A stretch of 63,964 nt of DNA, the filler included, from Reclinomonas americana ATCC 50394 (Eukaryota): assembly GCA_048213135.1 (NCBI GenBank). It is 9 parts of 9 records of this genome, joined end to end, with 100 filler letters (N's around TTAATTAATTAA, not from the genome) between each part and the next. Parts side by side here need not be neighbours in the genome. Positions count along the whole stretch, not along the records: positions 23,722 to 47,174 come from AFZH01020279.1; 8 more parts are not named here. One strand, 5' to 3'. This document shows, in pieces, positions 27,581 to 40,200 of this stretch (positions are counted from its first letter, which is position 1; every line of letters begins with the position of its first letter). The position numbers were made by a program, and so were the translations under genes. The notes below the pieces were generated by a model. The model was not told the origin of the DNA, made no database searches, and saw only the letters and a program-made list of their open reading frames with translations.

Positions 27581-28327
27581 ATGGTGCGTTGGGATGCGTG
27601 AGCGAGTGTGCGAGTGAGTGCACATGGCCATGCTCGACCTGCCTCGCTCGCTCACTCCCTCTCCCTCGTGCCTCTCTCTCTCGTGGCTCTCTGCGCATGC
27701 CCACAGGAGTCATCAGCGGTGAGTGTCGGCACGGTGGCGATCGCCCAGAGTTGTCTCCATTCGCTCTCTTTCTCTATGTCTCACACACTCTGGCGTGATG
27801 ATGGTGCAGGCGGGTGGTGCAGGTGGTATGCCCTCACAGGGCCAGATGGAGGAGGCAAAGCGGAAAGCCGATCAACAACAGTTTCGTGTGTGTGAAAGGG
27901 GGTGTTTCGTCACTTGTCGATCGTTGACGTTGATTGTGTGCGTGTGCGTGTGTGCGCGTAGGGCCATGGAGGAGCAAAGGCAGGCGATCCTGACGGCCAT
28001 TCTCACAGCCGAGGCCAAGGAAAGATGTTGCGCTCCGAGACTTGCCAGAGTGTGCTTGTGTGTGTGTGTCGCTGATATCGCGTCGGTGTGGCAGTGAATC
28101 GAATCGGCATGGTCAAGCCGGAGAAGGCGCGGCAGGTGGAGAACTCGCTGCTGATGATGGCGCAATCGGGGCAGATTGGTGGCTCGAAGATCTCGGAGGA
28201 CAGGCTCATCAACATGCTTGAGCAATACAATGAGAAGAAGGAGAAGAAGACCAAAATCACGGTGCGTCGCCGACGGACACTCGACTCCGACGACGAGGAG
28301 GATGACATCAATGACGACGACTGGTGA
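27581..28327 (+). CDS. PDCD5: Programmed cell death protein 5
   Basis: Spliced MESSAAGGAGG...AMEEQRQAILTAILTAEAKERLNRIGMVKPEKARQVENSLLMMAQSGQI...ISEDRLINMLEQ...ITVRRRR-acidic tail. Exon 1 codes ATG only; exon 2 is 12 nt. Confidence 0.92.
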
Positions 28328-28596
28328 GGCGAGCTTGCGCGTGGGCAATACACCGGCACTTGAGAGGGGGACGGACGGAAGATTAAACAAATGCATCTTC
28401 CTTTGTACGCGTCTACCGCGAGCCACAGGCGTTTTCACCATATTACAAACGCGAGCAGCAAAGCCGAACCTGTGTGTGCACGTGCCAATACTCTCACGCG
28501 CACACGCCTCACCGCGTTCACCAACGCGGCCGTTTTTCTCCCGGTTCTGAGCTCGCTCCCCCTCCTCCGGAGTCGGTTGCCGTTTTGATTGCGCCA

Positions 28597-31089
28597 ATGT
28601 CGCGGCCGCAGACCAGGTCGACTGCCGCGGACACGTATGATCCGCGGCAGTGGGGCAGCAGCACCACACGCAGTGGTTCCATGGCCTACGACAGTTTCGG
28701 TGCGTTTTCTGACGATGCGCCCGCACGACACCAATCACATCGCCGTTGTGTTTCACGAGTGACATCGCACAGACGGAGCCTCGAGCGCTGACCCTCTTTC
28801 CGATTGGCAAAGCGGTGAGTCCCTCTCTCTGTCTGTTGTGTGGATTGCGCTTGACAAAAAGACGCGGTGAAACGCAGTGGCCACCGAGGAGCAAGAGCGA
28901 GTGAAACGCGCAGGTGGCATGCTGTCGGAAAGGTCTGTGTGCTCGTGCACCCAGAGGTGTGCCACTGTCTCCCTCTCTCACCCTCCCTCTCTCTCGCTTG
29001 CCTTCACAGTCGTGTGCAGCAGCTGCTGCGCGCGCATTCCCGCAACGGATCGCGTGGTGCAAGTGAATCGGTGAATCTCAGTCAGTCTCTCATGCTCTTG
29101 TTTCTCCCTCCTCCTCCTCACCGCCGTGTGGAGCAGCCGGTACAGAGACCGTGGTCACGTGGGAGTGGAGAAGGGCCTCGCGCTCTGTCGCCGTTGCCGG
29201 GCACGCAGCGCAGCTTGTCGCCGCTGTCAACGTCGACAGTGCCCGAGTCTGCGAATATCGGAGTGGGTGAGTGCTTCTCGTCACACTCAGCGCGAACACT
29301 CACGCCCCGCCTGCTCACCCGTGAATGTGCCACCTCTCTCGTGCGTCAGGCGTCGACGATCCCTCTCTCTACTCGCGCAATCGGCGATCGCCATACGGTC
29401 GCGTACATCGTATCGGAGTGGATGAGCGTTTCGTCTCACCTGTCGCGCTCCCTCCCCTTCATTCTTTTTTTGCGCCCTCACATCGCGTGGCAGAGAACTT
29501 TCTGGCAGAGATGAACATGCGCAAGGCCGAGGTGGAGCGAGAGCGAGAGATGGAGCGGCACTCGTTGCAGTCGACGCTGAACCGCACCGACTTGTTTCTC
29601 CGCTCGCTGAGTTCCGACACGGCAATCGGGGCTGGAGTGAAGCCGACCGCCACCACCACCGCCACCACTCTGTCGTCCTCGCAACACCAACAGAGGGGCA
29701 TGTTGACGCAGCCCACACCCGACGTTGGATCACCGTTGCGACTGCCGACTCCGGGTGGAGAAGATGAGTCGCGACGACGACACCGCAGCCGCTCCCGCGA
29801 CGGCCGTGAGTCGTCGGCGTCGGCAGCACCAGCCGAGGAGAAAGAACACCACCACCACCACCATCATCATCGCCATCACCGCCATCATCGACATCAGCAC
29901 GATGAGGAGGAGGGCGAGGAGGAGCGCCGCCATCGTCATCACCACCGACACCGTCATCACCGCGACGAGGAGGACTCGCTGACAGAGAGCGATAGCGACG
30001 GTGGCGTTGGTGGTGGCGGTGGTGCTGCCGCCGATGGTCGTCGGCATCGTCGGCACCGGCATCGCCACAGTCGACGTCATCATCACAGTCGTGATGGGTC
30101 ACGCCACAGCGGTCATCTGACATCTGGCGATGATAACACGCTGCAGTTGCCACCGGCGTCGCCCGATTTGCAGGCAGGCGATACGCAGTCGCATGGCGAG
30201 GTGGGTGGCAAATGGGATGAAGCCGAGTTGAAACAGGGCACTCACCGATAATGAGTGCGTCGTGCAGGGTGGTGTGCCGCGAACTCCAACGTTGCCCCAG
30301 ATTAGCAAATCGCGCGGCCGCGATGCGTCTGGAGCCGACGAACATGTGGATGATGCAGCACTGGAGAGCACAGAAAGTGTCGATGGCAGCAGTGCAGGTG
30401 CCGGTGATGTGGAGGAGATGGATAGCGCCGAAGTTGGTGCGACGACCCAGCAGTCACAAACGCAGCAGCAGCCGCAGCATCAGCAGTCGCACCAGCAGAG
30501 CAGGCAGCAGCGTCCGCCTCCCGAGGTCCTCGAACTGGCGCGTACGTTGGCCCGCAATGTGGAGATTGAGTACGAGCGGCAGCGATTCCTGGACGTGGTG
30601 ACGAATCCCAACATTCGGTTCGGCTTCTGCAACTTTCAAAATCACTTGTGCTTCGATTGCAACTCTCACCCCGTACACGATGTAGTGCCGCACGTGAGAA
30701 TCCAAGCCCCAACAAACGGTTCTGCCAAAAGCCGTCGGTGAATCCGGTTATTAATCTGGATGGTGAGCACATGCTTGCTTCACGCTCCCGTCACTGTTGC
30801 CACTGCGCGCTGACATCCTACTATCGCAGCCGATCACATTCCACTGAACAATCGGCGCATTATCGAGCAGTTGCGTCGGCGCCGACGATTCGGCTGTGTT
30901 CCGTGGGCGTGCGTACTCACCAAATCACTCGCTTGCAGGATCGGACCGTGGTGGGGCACGAAGGAGTCGCTGCAGTCCACCATGCCTCGGCGGGTTCAGC
31001 GACGACCCACGCCCAGCATTCCTTCGGTGCATCAGCTGCAGGACGACGATCTTTCTCTGTTCGGCTCGCAGTACGGTCATTCGCGCTAG
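28597..31089 (+). CDS. Multi-exon low-complexity hypothetical protein with His/Arg-rich tracts
   Basis: Long + ORFs (29325-30251, 30262-30741) with poly-His, Gln and acidic tracts, linked by GT-AG introns. No domain recognised. Confidence 0.55.
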
Positions 31090-31234
31090 AGATGTGTGTG
31101 AGAGCAGATATGGAGAAAGGAGGGAGAGAGAAAGACGACCGTGGCGCATTGTAGTGTCCTTGTACCATCCAACAGCACACGAAACAAAAGCGAAACAATT
31201 AGTCTTTACAGCGAATATTAGTTTTAAAGAGCTG

Positions 31235-34200
31235 TCAGTGGCCGTCGGGTTCGTCCAGTGTGGAGAGCGGTGTGGCAAGGGAGCGGTTCGGTGTGGGGAG
31301 CGCATGTGCACTCGTCGACGGCATCGGCAGGCCGCTGCTGCTGCTGGCCTGCTCGTACCACGACGACCGTTCCTGATCCGTGCGCTGACTCCTCTTCATT
31401 CGCACCTTGCGCATCCAACGACGCTGCAGAGCCGAGAAACACATCAGCCGATCACCACATCGCAGCACAAGAAAAGAGCAACTCACCATCTTGCGGTACG
31501 TCTCGATCGTCACTCGGACCGCCATCACCAACACGATCAGAGAAATGCCGATGAGGAAGATAATGACTCCTGTGCGTGCGAGGCCACGAGTTAATTGCAA
31601 CGCATACACACATGAAAAAGACAAGCCAATGAACGCAACTGGCGAGCAGCAAAGCTTGTTGCCACGAGGTGCTCGATGTCGGCTCGGCAATGAGGGTGGT
31701 CAGCAACACCAGGAACAGCAACGACATCAACTCCAGCACATTATCACGCCGCCGACTGTACGGCCGCACCATGACCGACAGTGTTAGGAATCCCAGCGAC
31801 TGCAACCGTGGTGGCGTGAGTCCAACAGAACATGCGACATGCGATCACGGACAATGACGACTCGTACCAACAGCCAAATGACCAGATGCAACGAGCTGAG
31901 ATCGTCACCGCGCGCGAGAACGACGAATACGGCCACCAGAACCACTCGGCGGAAGAGCTGAATCGGCTCGTAGAACCACAGAGTGCTGGACCAATAATCA
32001 ACACGTATCAGCATTCCCCTCTCTACAGAACAGCACATAGGCGGCGGAGTGGTACTCACGGTCGATAAATGGCCACGACACCGCCAAAGCGCTTCCAGTT
32101 GCGCGACTGTGCGCGAGCCAGAGGGCTCGTGGTGACATCGGAATCCACTTGCGTCGACAGCGGTGGCTCGGGCGAGTGGAACAGGAGGAGCTCACGCAAG
32201 CCATCGGCCTGTTGCACCTGGTCCTCCGGGTGCAAATTCTTCTTCACCACCGCCAGTGCGTCACCGACAAACAGCTCGCCACGCCGGTGTTGCAGCCAGA
32301 GAAGAATGAAGAGACCAAAGGGTAGGATGGACAGGAACACGGCGAATGGGATGAAGAATATCTTCAGCCACGAGTGGTAGAAGCAGGTGTTGAGACCGGA
32401 TGGTGAGCCTGCAAAGGGCAGAGCACAGCAGTCAGCAACAGCAGCAGTGCGAACGCGGAGGGGCGCAACGACTGACCGTCACAGCCGGTGCACTGAAGAC
32501 TTGGGATGAGCACGTTGAAGGTGCCGAGGTTGCCGACGGGCTTGCAGTCGAAGAACACAAACGTGGAAAACAGCTGTAGCGCGCGCGCGCGTGAGACACG
32601 CATGGCGCTACCACGACAGTGCTCGCTGAATGGGCACGCAACAAGAGTCCAGTAGATGCCAATCATGATCAGCACAGTGCTGCGCACGTAGTATCGTCGC
32701 AGTGCCCATCGCTTGAAAGAGTGATAGAAGAACGGGTATCTCTGCACCGTTGCCGTGAGTGAAGGACTGCGCCAACCATGACGATCACAGCAAACACGAC
32801 GAGAGGGCACACCTCCCGAATGCCGGTGCACTTGAACAGCTCCACCAGCAACTTGTGCGCAAAGTACATGATCCACAGTGTCGCCACATACAACGCCGGC
32901 TTGATGATGTTGCCGACAATCTGGCCGGCGCCCGACACCGGGAACGGACACTCGTTGTCGATGGCGAACAGCGTGAAATCGAAGAAGCGCAGCAGTGAAC
33001 CGAGTTCGGTGGACGGGTAAAACGTCAGCGACGCCGTTTGCACAAAGAAGAGCAAGATACTGTGCGTCCACAGCAGCGAGTGAGTGGGGGGGAGGCAGGA
33101 GCACCTCGGCCTCCGCTGATGTACGCACCGCACTTCCGTGTTGACTGAACCCTGCGACAAAATGTGCAACAGCAGTGTGTACAAGAAGATCTCCATGGCA
33201 AGTCCAAAGACAATGAGCGGCCGAACGCGTCCGTCACATTGGAGGCACTGGAGCAAGGTGTGAGCGACAAAAACAAGAACCCCACCCGAACAAAAACGAA
33301 CAAACCTGGTGGTTCCACTCGTTGTAGCCCTCGTTGCAGACACCGCACAGTACCGAAGAGGAGTTGCGATTGAGACCGGGCGCACACAGATTGCCTGTCG
33401 GCATGAACTGCACTGAGGCGGCCGCGGTGGAGACGTCGCGCACCGTCACTTGCGTGGAGAGCACTGGTTGTGCCACAAACGTGCGGTTGTCGCCGCCGGA
33501 GGTGTCGGAGCAAAAGTTGTACGGGCACAACGATGCTTGCATGGAGCCGTCGGGCATAATCACTGGCCAGTACTGGCTGTCGACGCGGACTTGCGAGCCG
33601 CCGAGGCACACGAAATGGTCGGGACACACAGAACACCGGTCCAGCGCCTGCACTACGTCATATGTGTCCACTGAGCAGCTCGTACACCGCTGCGTAAGAG
33701 GGTTGTAGCCCGTCCCGACACCACACTCTCCCATCGTGGCAAAGTAGGTGAAAGAATCCGTGTCCAGCAACGGCGACGAGACCTCCACCGTAAAATTACC
33801 TGGCACACCAGCTGTAACCAGTGTGCCATTGGCAATACCGCGCACAGTGGTCAACAGTTGTGTGGAGTCCGTGCAGTTGGAGCAACTGAGCTCAATGGGG
33901 AAATCCCACTGTGTGCGAATCAAGTTGTCCATGGCATCCAACAGGCCGACGCTGAACTGAAGCGTGGAGCCTGGTGTAACGGTGATCCCTACACGGGCGA
34001 GCAAAACAACAACGATGAACAACAAAACATGGATGGGTGCACTCTAGTGAGGAAACGACGCAACCTTGCGCAGGTGTGATAAGCTGGAGCGATAGCGGAG
34101 CCGTGGCCATGTTGGATCCGTAGGTGGCGGTGTTGTTGCGGAACTGAATAGACCACGAGCTCTCGTCTCCACCACCACTGATGACACGATCATTGCCGGC

Positions 34201-37200
34201 GTCGTTGACGCTCATCAATCCACATGTTTCCTGCAAAATCGCCAATTCATCGGGCGTGCCCTGCCAATAGACTGCGCCACCACCGCCATACTGAGGCGGC
34301 GCACCCTGATTGTTTACATGAGTTGAGCACAACTGACGAGACGTACGAAGAGAGAGATGTTCGCGGGAAAAAAACGCACCATGCTGAATGCCCAGCTGTC
34401 GGCAATCTCCATCACGCATCCTTGACTCCAGTACACACCACACCCCGAGTTGACGGCAGACATCCAGATGCCTCCACCCAGCGCAGCCGCACACGAGCTC
34501 AGCGTAACTCGGCCACTCATGGAGACGAGCCCCGTAGATGTCGTATACAGCGCACCGCCACTCTGCGCAGCTGTCGCATTGTAGATGCTGACATCGATCA
34601 AGTCGAGAGTGACGGCATCTTGCATGTAGATGCACCCTACTCACACAAAAATGTACATTGCGAGTGAGCAAGGCAACGTGCTAGCACCACGGAGGAGAAA
34701 AGCCACAAGTACCTGCGTCGACGCCGGCAGTGGCACCAGAGAACGCCGTGCGGGTCACCGTTGCTTGCGCAGAGATGCTCATATCGATGCAGCCGCCGTG
34801 CTGTCCCGCTTGCACATCTGCGCACCACGACGTCAGAGAGTGCACATCGAAACAGAGGGCCGATGCAGCGATTGCGCACTTGAGATGGTACTGTCCGACA
34901 CAGTCGCCACACCAGCGCCAGTGAGGCTCGCCAGTCCGCCACCACTAGCCGCCTCAGCACTCTGCACCACCATATGGCGCATGACGCCCGTGGCCAGGTC
35001 CATCACTCGCAGCACGCCACCCGAGTCGCTGGCAACGCTGCTGTAGACGGTACTATACTCCATCACCATGGTGCCGAGAAGCTCCGAACTCGCCGCTGCA
35101 GCAGCACATGGACGTCGGCAACCATGAAGCGGAAGTGCTCACAAACAGCTGTGCACCACGCAACTGCCACCCCACGCTGCCTGATTGCCGAGGAATTCGC
35201 TGTGCGACAAGGTGCACACAGCGAGATCCTCCACGGCGACGGCGCCACCAGACCACAGGCACTGATTGTACCAGAAGTTGCACTTGCTGAATGTCACAGC
35301 GGCCGATCTGCAGAACGAGAAAAGAGTCAACGGTGAGAAAACACAGCCAGGAATCTTACCGTGGATGCACACACGCAGACAGACCCGGAGACGAATGCAG
35401 CACCGCCGCTCGAGCCGTGAGCTGTGTGCGATGCAACGGTGAGTCGTTACAGCGGGAAAAAGTACGCGGACAACAACACTTGCCGTCATTTGAGGTGAAA
35501 AAGCTGGAAAGGATGGTGCCGCCGCCGGCATGAATCAGCGATAGAGCGCCACCGAAATCGGCATGATTGCTGGTGAATGAGCAGCCGTCAATATACGTGT
35601 CGTATACCAACAGGTCGACCGCGCCTCCCGAAACCACCGCCCAGTTCTGCGTGAATGTGCTTCCCTGCATCGAGAGAGGAGACAGAAGAAACTAACTTTG
35701 AGCACAGTCGACATGCACAGGAGACTGCGTGTGCAACAGAGGAGCACAGCGCGCACCGTAATCGACAACGTATTGCCAGTAGCACTCTGCATGTACGATG
35801 AAATACAAGGTCAGCCATGCGGCAGCAAAATAAAGAGATAGATAAGTGGCAACGCACCACAGCGCCGCCCTGCTGCAATACCCTGTTGCCGGAGAACTGC
35901 GAGTCGCTGATGGTGCAATCAACCAGCGAGTACAAACAGCCGCCGCGTGACACCGACGTATTGTTGTAGCATTGGCTGTCGGAGAAGACGAGATTCCTGC
36001 GGCAGAAAGTGTCAATCGGGGCAATGATACCACTGTGCGACTGCGCAACAGCAACAAACCCCTCAGCAACCACAGCACCACCACTGGTGGCCGAGATGTT
36101 GTTGATGAATTCCGTGTCGGTGATGTGAGTATCAGTCGATACCGAAGCAAACACACCGCCACCGTACTGCCCAACATTCAACTGGAACACGCTTCCACGG
36201 ATGAAGAGACGCATGAGCTTTGCCAGCACTCCTCCGCCCAATGCTACATTTCCAAGAGTCAGTTGTGCACCTTTCACTGATGTGGAAGGACGAGAGAAAC
36301 TATGGACGCAACTGGCGGCAAATGTCGGCGGCGAGGTGTTGTACACGTAGTTGCTGAAGAAAGAGCAACCCTCGATAATCGCTGTCGAGGCGTTTGTCGC
36401 AGTGTACGAGGTTGCGGTCTGCCGACAAAGTGTGTCAGGTGCAGAAACATACAGACACTTTTACCGCAGCTGATGGGAAAAACTTACCGCGGTGAGTGCC
36501 AGTGCTCCACCTCCAAACGCAATGTCTTCGACACCTTCGGGGACGACAGGTACCGCGGGAGTACTCAGCGAATTGCGACTGAATAGACACGTGTCGATGG
36601 TGATTGAGGCGATGGGGAGGTCGGCTGTCGGCAACACGCCAACAATTGCGCCGCCACCAGCGACACTGACACCAAGCGGAAGGTAGCCACTGCCAATGGT
36701 GACAAAGTTGGTCACGAAGAGAGAGAGTCGCACATCGAGCTCCAACGCAGCGTCCGTAAGCGACCGCGATACCACTGTGCGGCACGGCATCGAGTTAGCG
36801 CCATAAAAACACACAGCCGCAACCCAGCGCACACCAACCGTACAAGGCACCACCACCGGCCACCGAGTTCGGAGTGCTCTCCGTCATGTTGCCGCTGACA
36901 CCGTTGGCACGAAGCACAGAGTCCGACATGGTAAGCGAGTTGGAGACGGCACCCGACTGGACGTCTTCGGTGAGTGCAAACTGCACCGTGTGTGTTAGGC
37001 AATCAATCAATCATACGAGGCAACAATCGACAGCAGCGAGGGATGCGCACCAATCCACCACCACCGAAAAATGCAGTGAGCGGGCAGCTCAGCGGCCCGT
37101 TGACCACATTGCTGATGAAATCGGTGCTGCGTACATCCTGCACACACACACACACGAAAGCATCACTCGCGGTCATCAATCAGCCACACAAGCAAGCATC

Positions 37201-40200
37201 ATCATCAATGGCACGCACAGTGGAAAGCGAGCCAGTCGAGTCGCCGCCAACCTTGGTGGGCGGCAGCGTGCCGTGCGAGTGTGAGTTGAGAAAGAACGCT
37301 GTCACGAATGACAAGCAGTGAGAGGACGGAGAAGTGAGTGCGCTTCTGTCACAATGCGAACACACCGCCACCACCACCGTAGCACGCTGAAGTTGCAAGC
37401 GTCGACGACGCACGCAGTAGAATGCTGTTGTACATGACCCCGGAGTCGAGCAACGAGAGCGCCACTTGCGACGACTTGGAGGCAGACCATCTGATGCAAG
37501 AAAAGATATTGGTCACTCTGGTCCGTCACCAGTGTCTTCTTGTGACAAGAGGGCGACAACAACAACAACAACAACGCACCCACTCATGTAGAATGAGCCG
37601 CCACCAGACACGTTGGTGTCAGTGGCAAACGCATTTGTTGTGTCGGCGCTGTTGTACTTGACTTGGACCAGAATCAGTTGTGCGTTCACCGAGACCTGCA
37701 GTCCGTTGCGGGCAGTGATGTAGACGGCGCCACCGCCGATTTCGTTGCGCGAAACCGGTCCAGTGGCCACATTGTTGACGACCGACAGGGTGTTGTTCAG
37801 CAGTTGCACGTCGGTCATGCGGATGCGCGCCGCGCTCGATCCCGAGACAGTGCTCTGCGAATAGGCCAGCACGTACAAACCGGCGCCTGCATGCAACAAT
37901 GTCAGCTAGGGAGAGAGCAGGGTGCGGAAGCACAGCGCGAACTCTCACCTCCGTTCTGGTTGCGCGACCCCGCTCCACTGACGACGTTGTCGTCGAAGTT
38001 GCCGCGATTCAGCGAGAAAATGCCTCCAATGACGGTGACATTGAGTGCCGCCAAGTTGTTGCTACTGAGCGACACCAGCATGACGCTCCCTACGCGTGTG
38101 TGCATGAGGCTCTTGGTACGTTTGTGTAATTTAAAAGACAGAAAACGCACGCACCACCGCAATTATTCACGCCCGCCGAGCCGAGCACAATGGCAGAACG
38201 GCCGTCCACCACGTTGCCGTTGAATTGTGAGTATCGCGACACCAGAGACACCTGCGTGGGATTCGAACTGATGGCATGTGCGTACATGGCAGCACCTGGA
38301 AGACAACAACAAAGGAAAGTGATTAGCTGTCAACATCGAAATGCCACACCACATGAGACGGAGAGAGCGTACCGCCGTTTGCGTTGGCTGCAGGGGGGGA
38401 AGCGATAAGTGATGCAGTCGATGAAGAGTACACGTAAAGGAAGAGCCAACGCAACATTCGACAGCAGTGACACCCGCGACGTGGGCCGTGTTGTTGAAGA
38501 ACAGCGCGTTCTTATCCTGCAGCTCCACCGAGGCAGACCCAGTACCGTAGCTGCGCAGTCATGCACGTGTGTCAGTCATCCAACACAATAGCGTGAAGAG
38601 AAGCAAGAGTAATCTCGCCTGATCGACAAGGCATAGACAGCGCCACCGCCACAATAGTTACCCGACTGTGCCACACTGGACGAGGCCTCGACAGAGTTGG
38701 TGAGCATATTCGAGCCGGTCATAGTGATGGCATTGCTGGTCTGAATCGCCAGGGCCACGGCCAGGATACCACCGCCTGCCACAGATGGCTCAGGATGAAG
38801 ACACGGAGGGGAAGAACAAGGGCAGGAGTAGCACACCTCCATTCAGATTGTTGCCCAGGGACACGTTGGAGCTGGCGTCCACTGCGTTTTGTTGCAGTAT
38901 GCCTGCCGCCAGGGTCGTTTGCAGCGTCGCGCTACCGGTTACTGAGACGGCGACCAGCAGGATGGCCCCTCCTCCTGCTCAAGGCGATGAGGATATATAT
39001 TCTCAGCGGCAGCCCAGCCCTGCACTGCATCGCCTCTCACCGTTGAGATTGCCACTGGCCTGTGCGTTATTGTGTCGCACGTCTGCTCGATTCGAGTGCA
39101 TCTCCACCGTCTGCAACGTCGCATTGACGATGGCCAGTGAGCTCGCCGAGAGTGCCAGCATGTACACGGCACCTGCGCCCAACAAATCAGTCAGCCACCA
39201 CAGAGAGAGGGAGAGAGAGCGCGAGAGCGAGGAATGAGAATGCATACCGCCTACGTGATGCACGAGTGTGCAATAGACAGCAAGCAACATGTGGTCAGTC
39301 GCGGGACAGCAAAACAAAAGGAAATTCGATCATCGCTCAACGCACCGCCTGCAATCGCAAAACACACGTGAGACAAAGGAGTGTGACGACGGAACACCAA
39401 CTGATCGTACCATTCACGTTCGACAGCGCAGCATCAGAGAAATCGGCAACCACTGTGTTGTTGGCGAATGTGGTGTTGACCATTATGAGCACAATTGACC
39501 CCGTGGATGAATGACTGTAGCTGGTGATCGATCTGGCTCGAGGTGCACAACGTGTGTGAGTTCGAGACTCTCACATCCAAGCACACAGCGGCACATCGAG
39601 ACGCAACAGGGCACCACCTGTCGCGAGTGCCGGATACACACAGTCAGCAGCAAACAAGCAAGTAAGTACATATAGACTCTATAGATCATCAGTCGTCATC
39701 GGCGAGCACGCTTACCGCCTGCACCAAAAAGGGGAAGCAAATCAGTCACACTACACATGCAAAAGCGATACAATGCGCATGCACACTGACCGTTGTAGTT
39801 GCTAGCATCCGAAGCAGTAGCATTGGAGTGCCGACTGGTGAACCGATTGTTGTCAAAAATGCACTGTGTAACGTTACTCTCCACCATAGCCGCCTGTGCG
39901 ACATTGTCGACAAGCATGAGAATCGCACCGCCGCTTGAGTTGTCCACGTCACCGCCACTCTGCGGACAGCGTGTGAGAAGGTAGGTGGCAATCAAAAGAG
40001 CTCAGGCGCACAAGCTGCGCTGCACCTGTGTCACACTATAATCCGCGTTCACCTACAAGCAGAACATTATAAACACACGCGCATTTGATACATGAATACG
40101 AGGGGACAGCAACGAACCACGCCAGAACTGAAGGTTGAGTTGGTGGCCGTCACGACGAGGCTCACCTGCGGAGGCACAGCGGTCGCACTCTGCGACTTGG

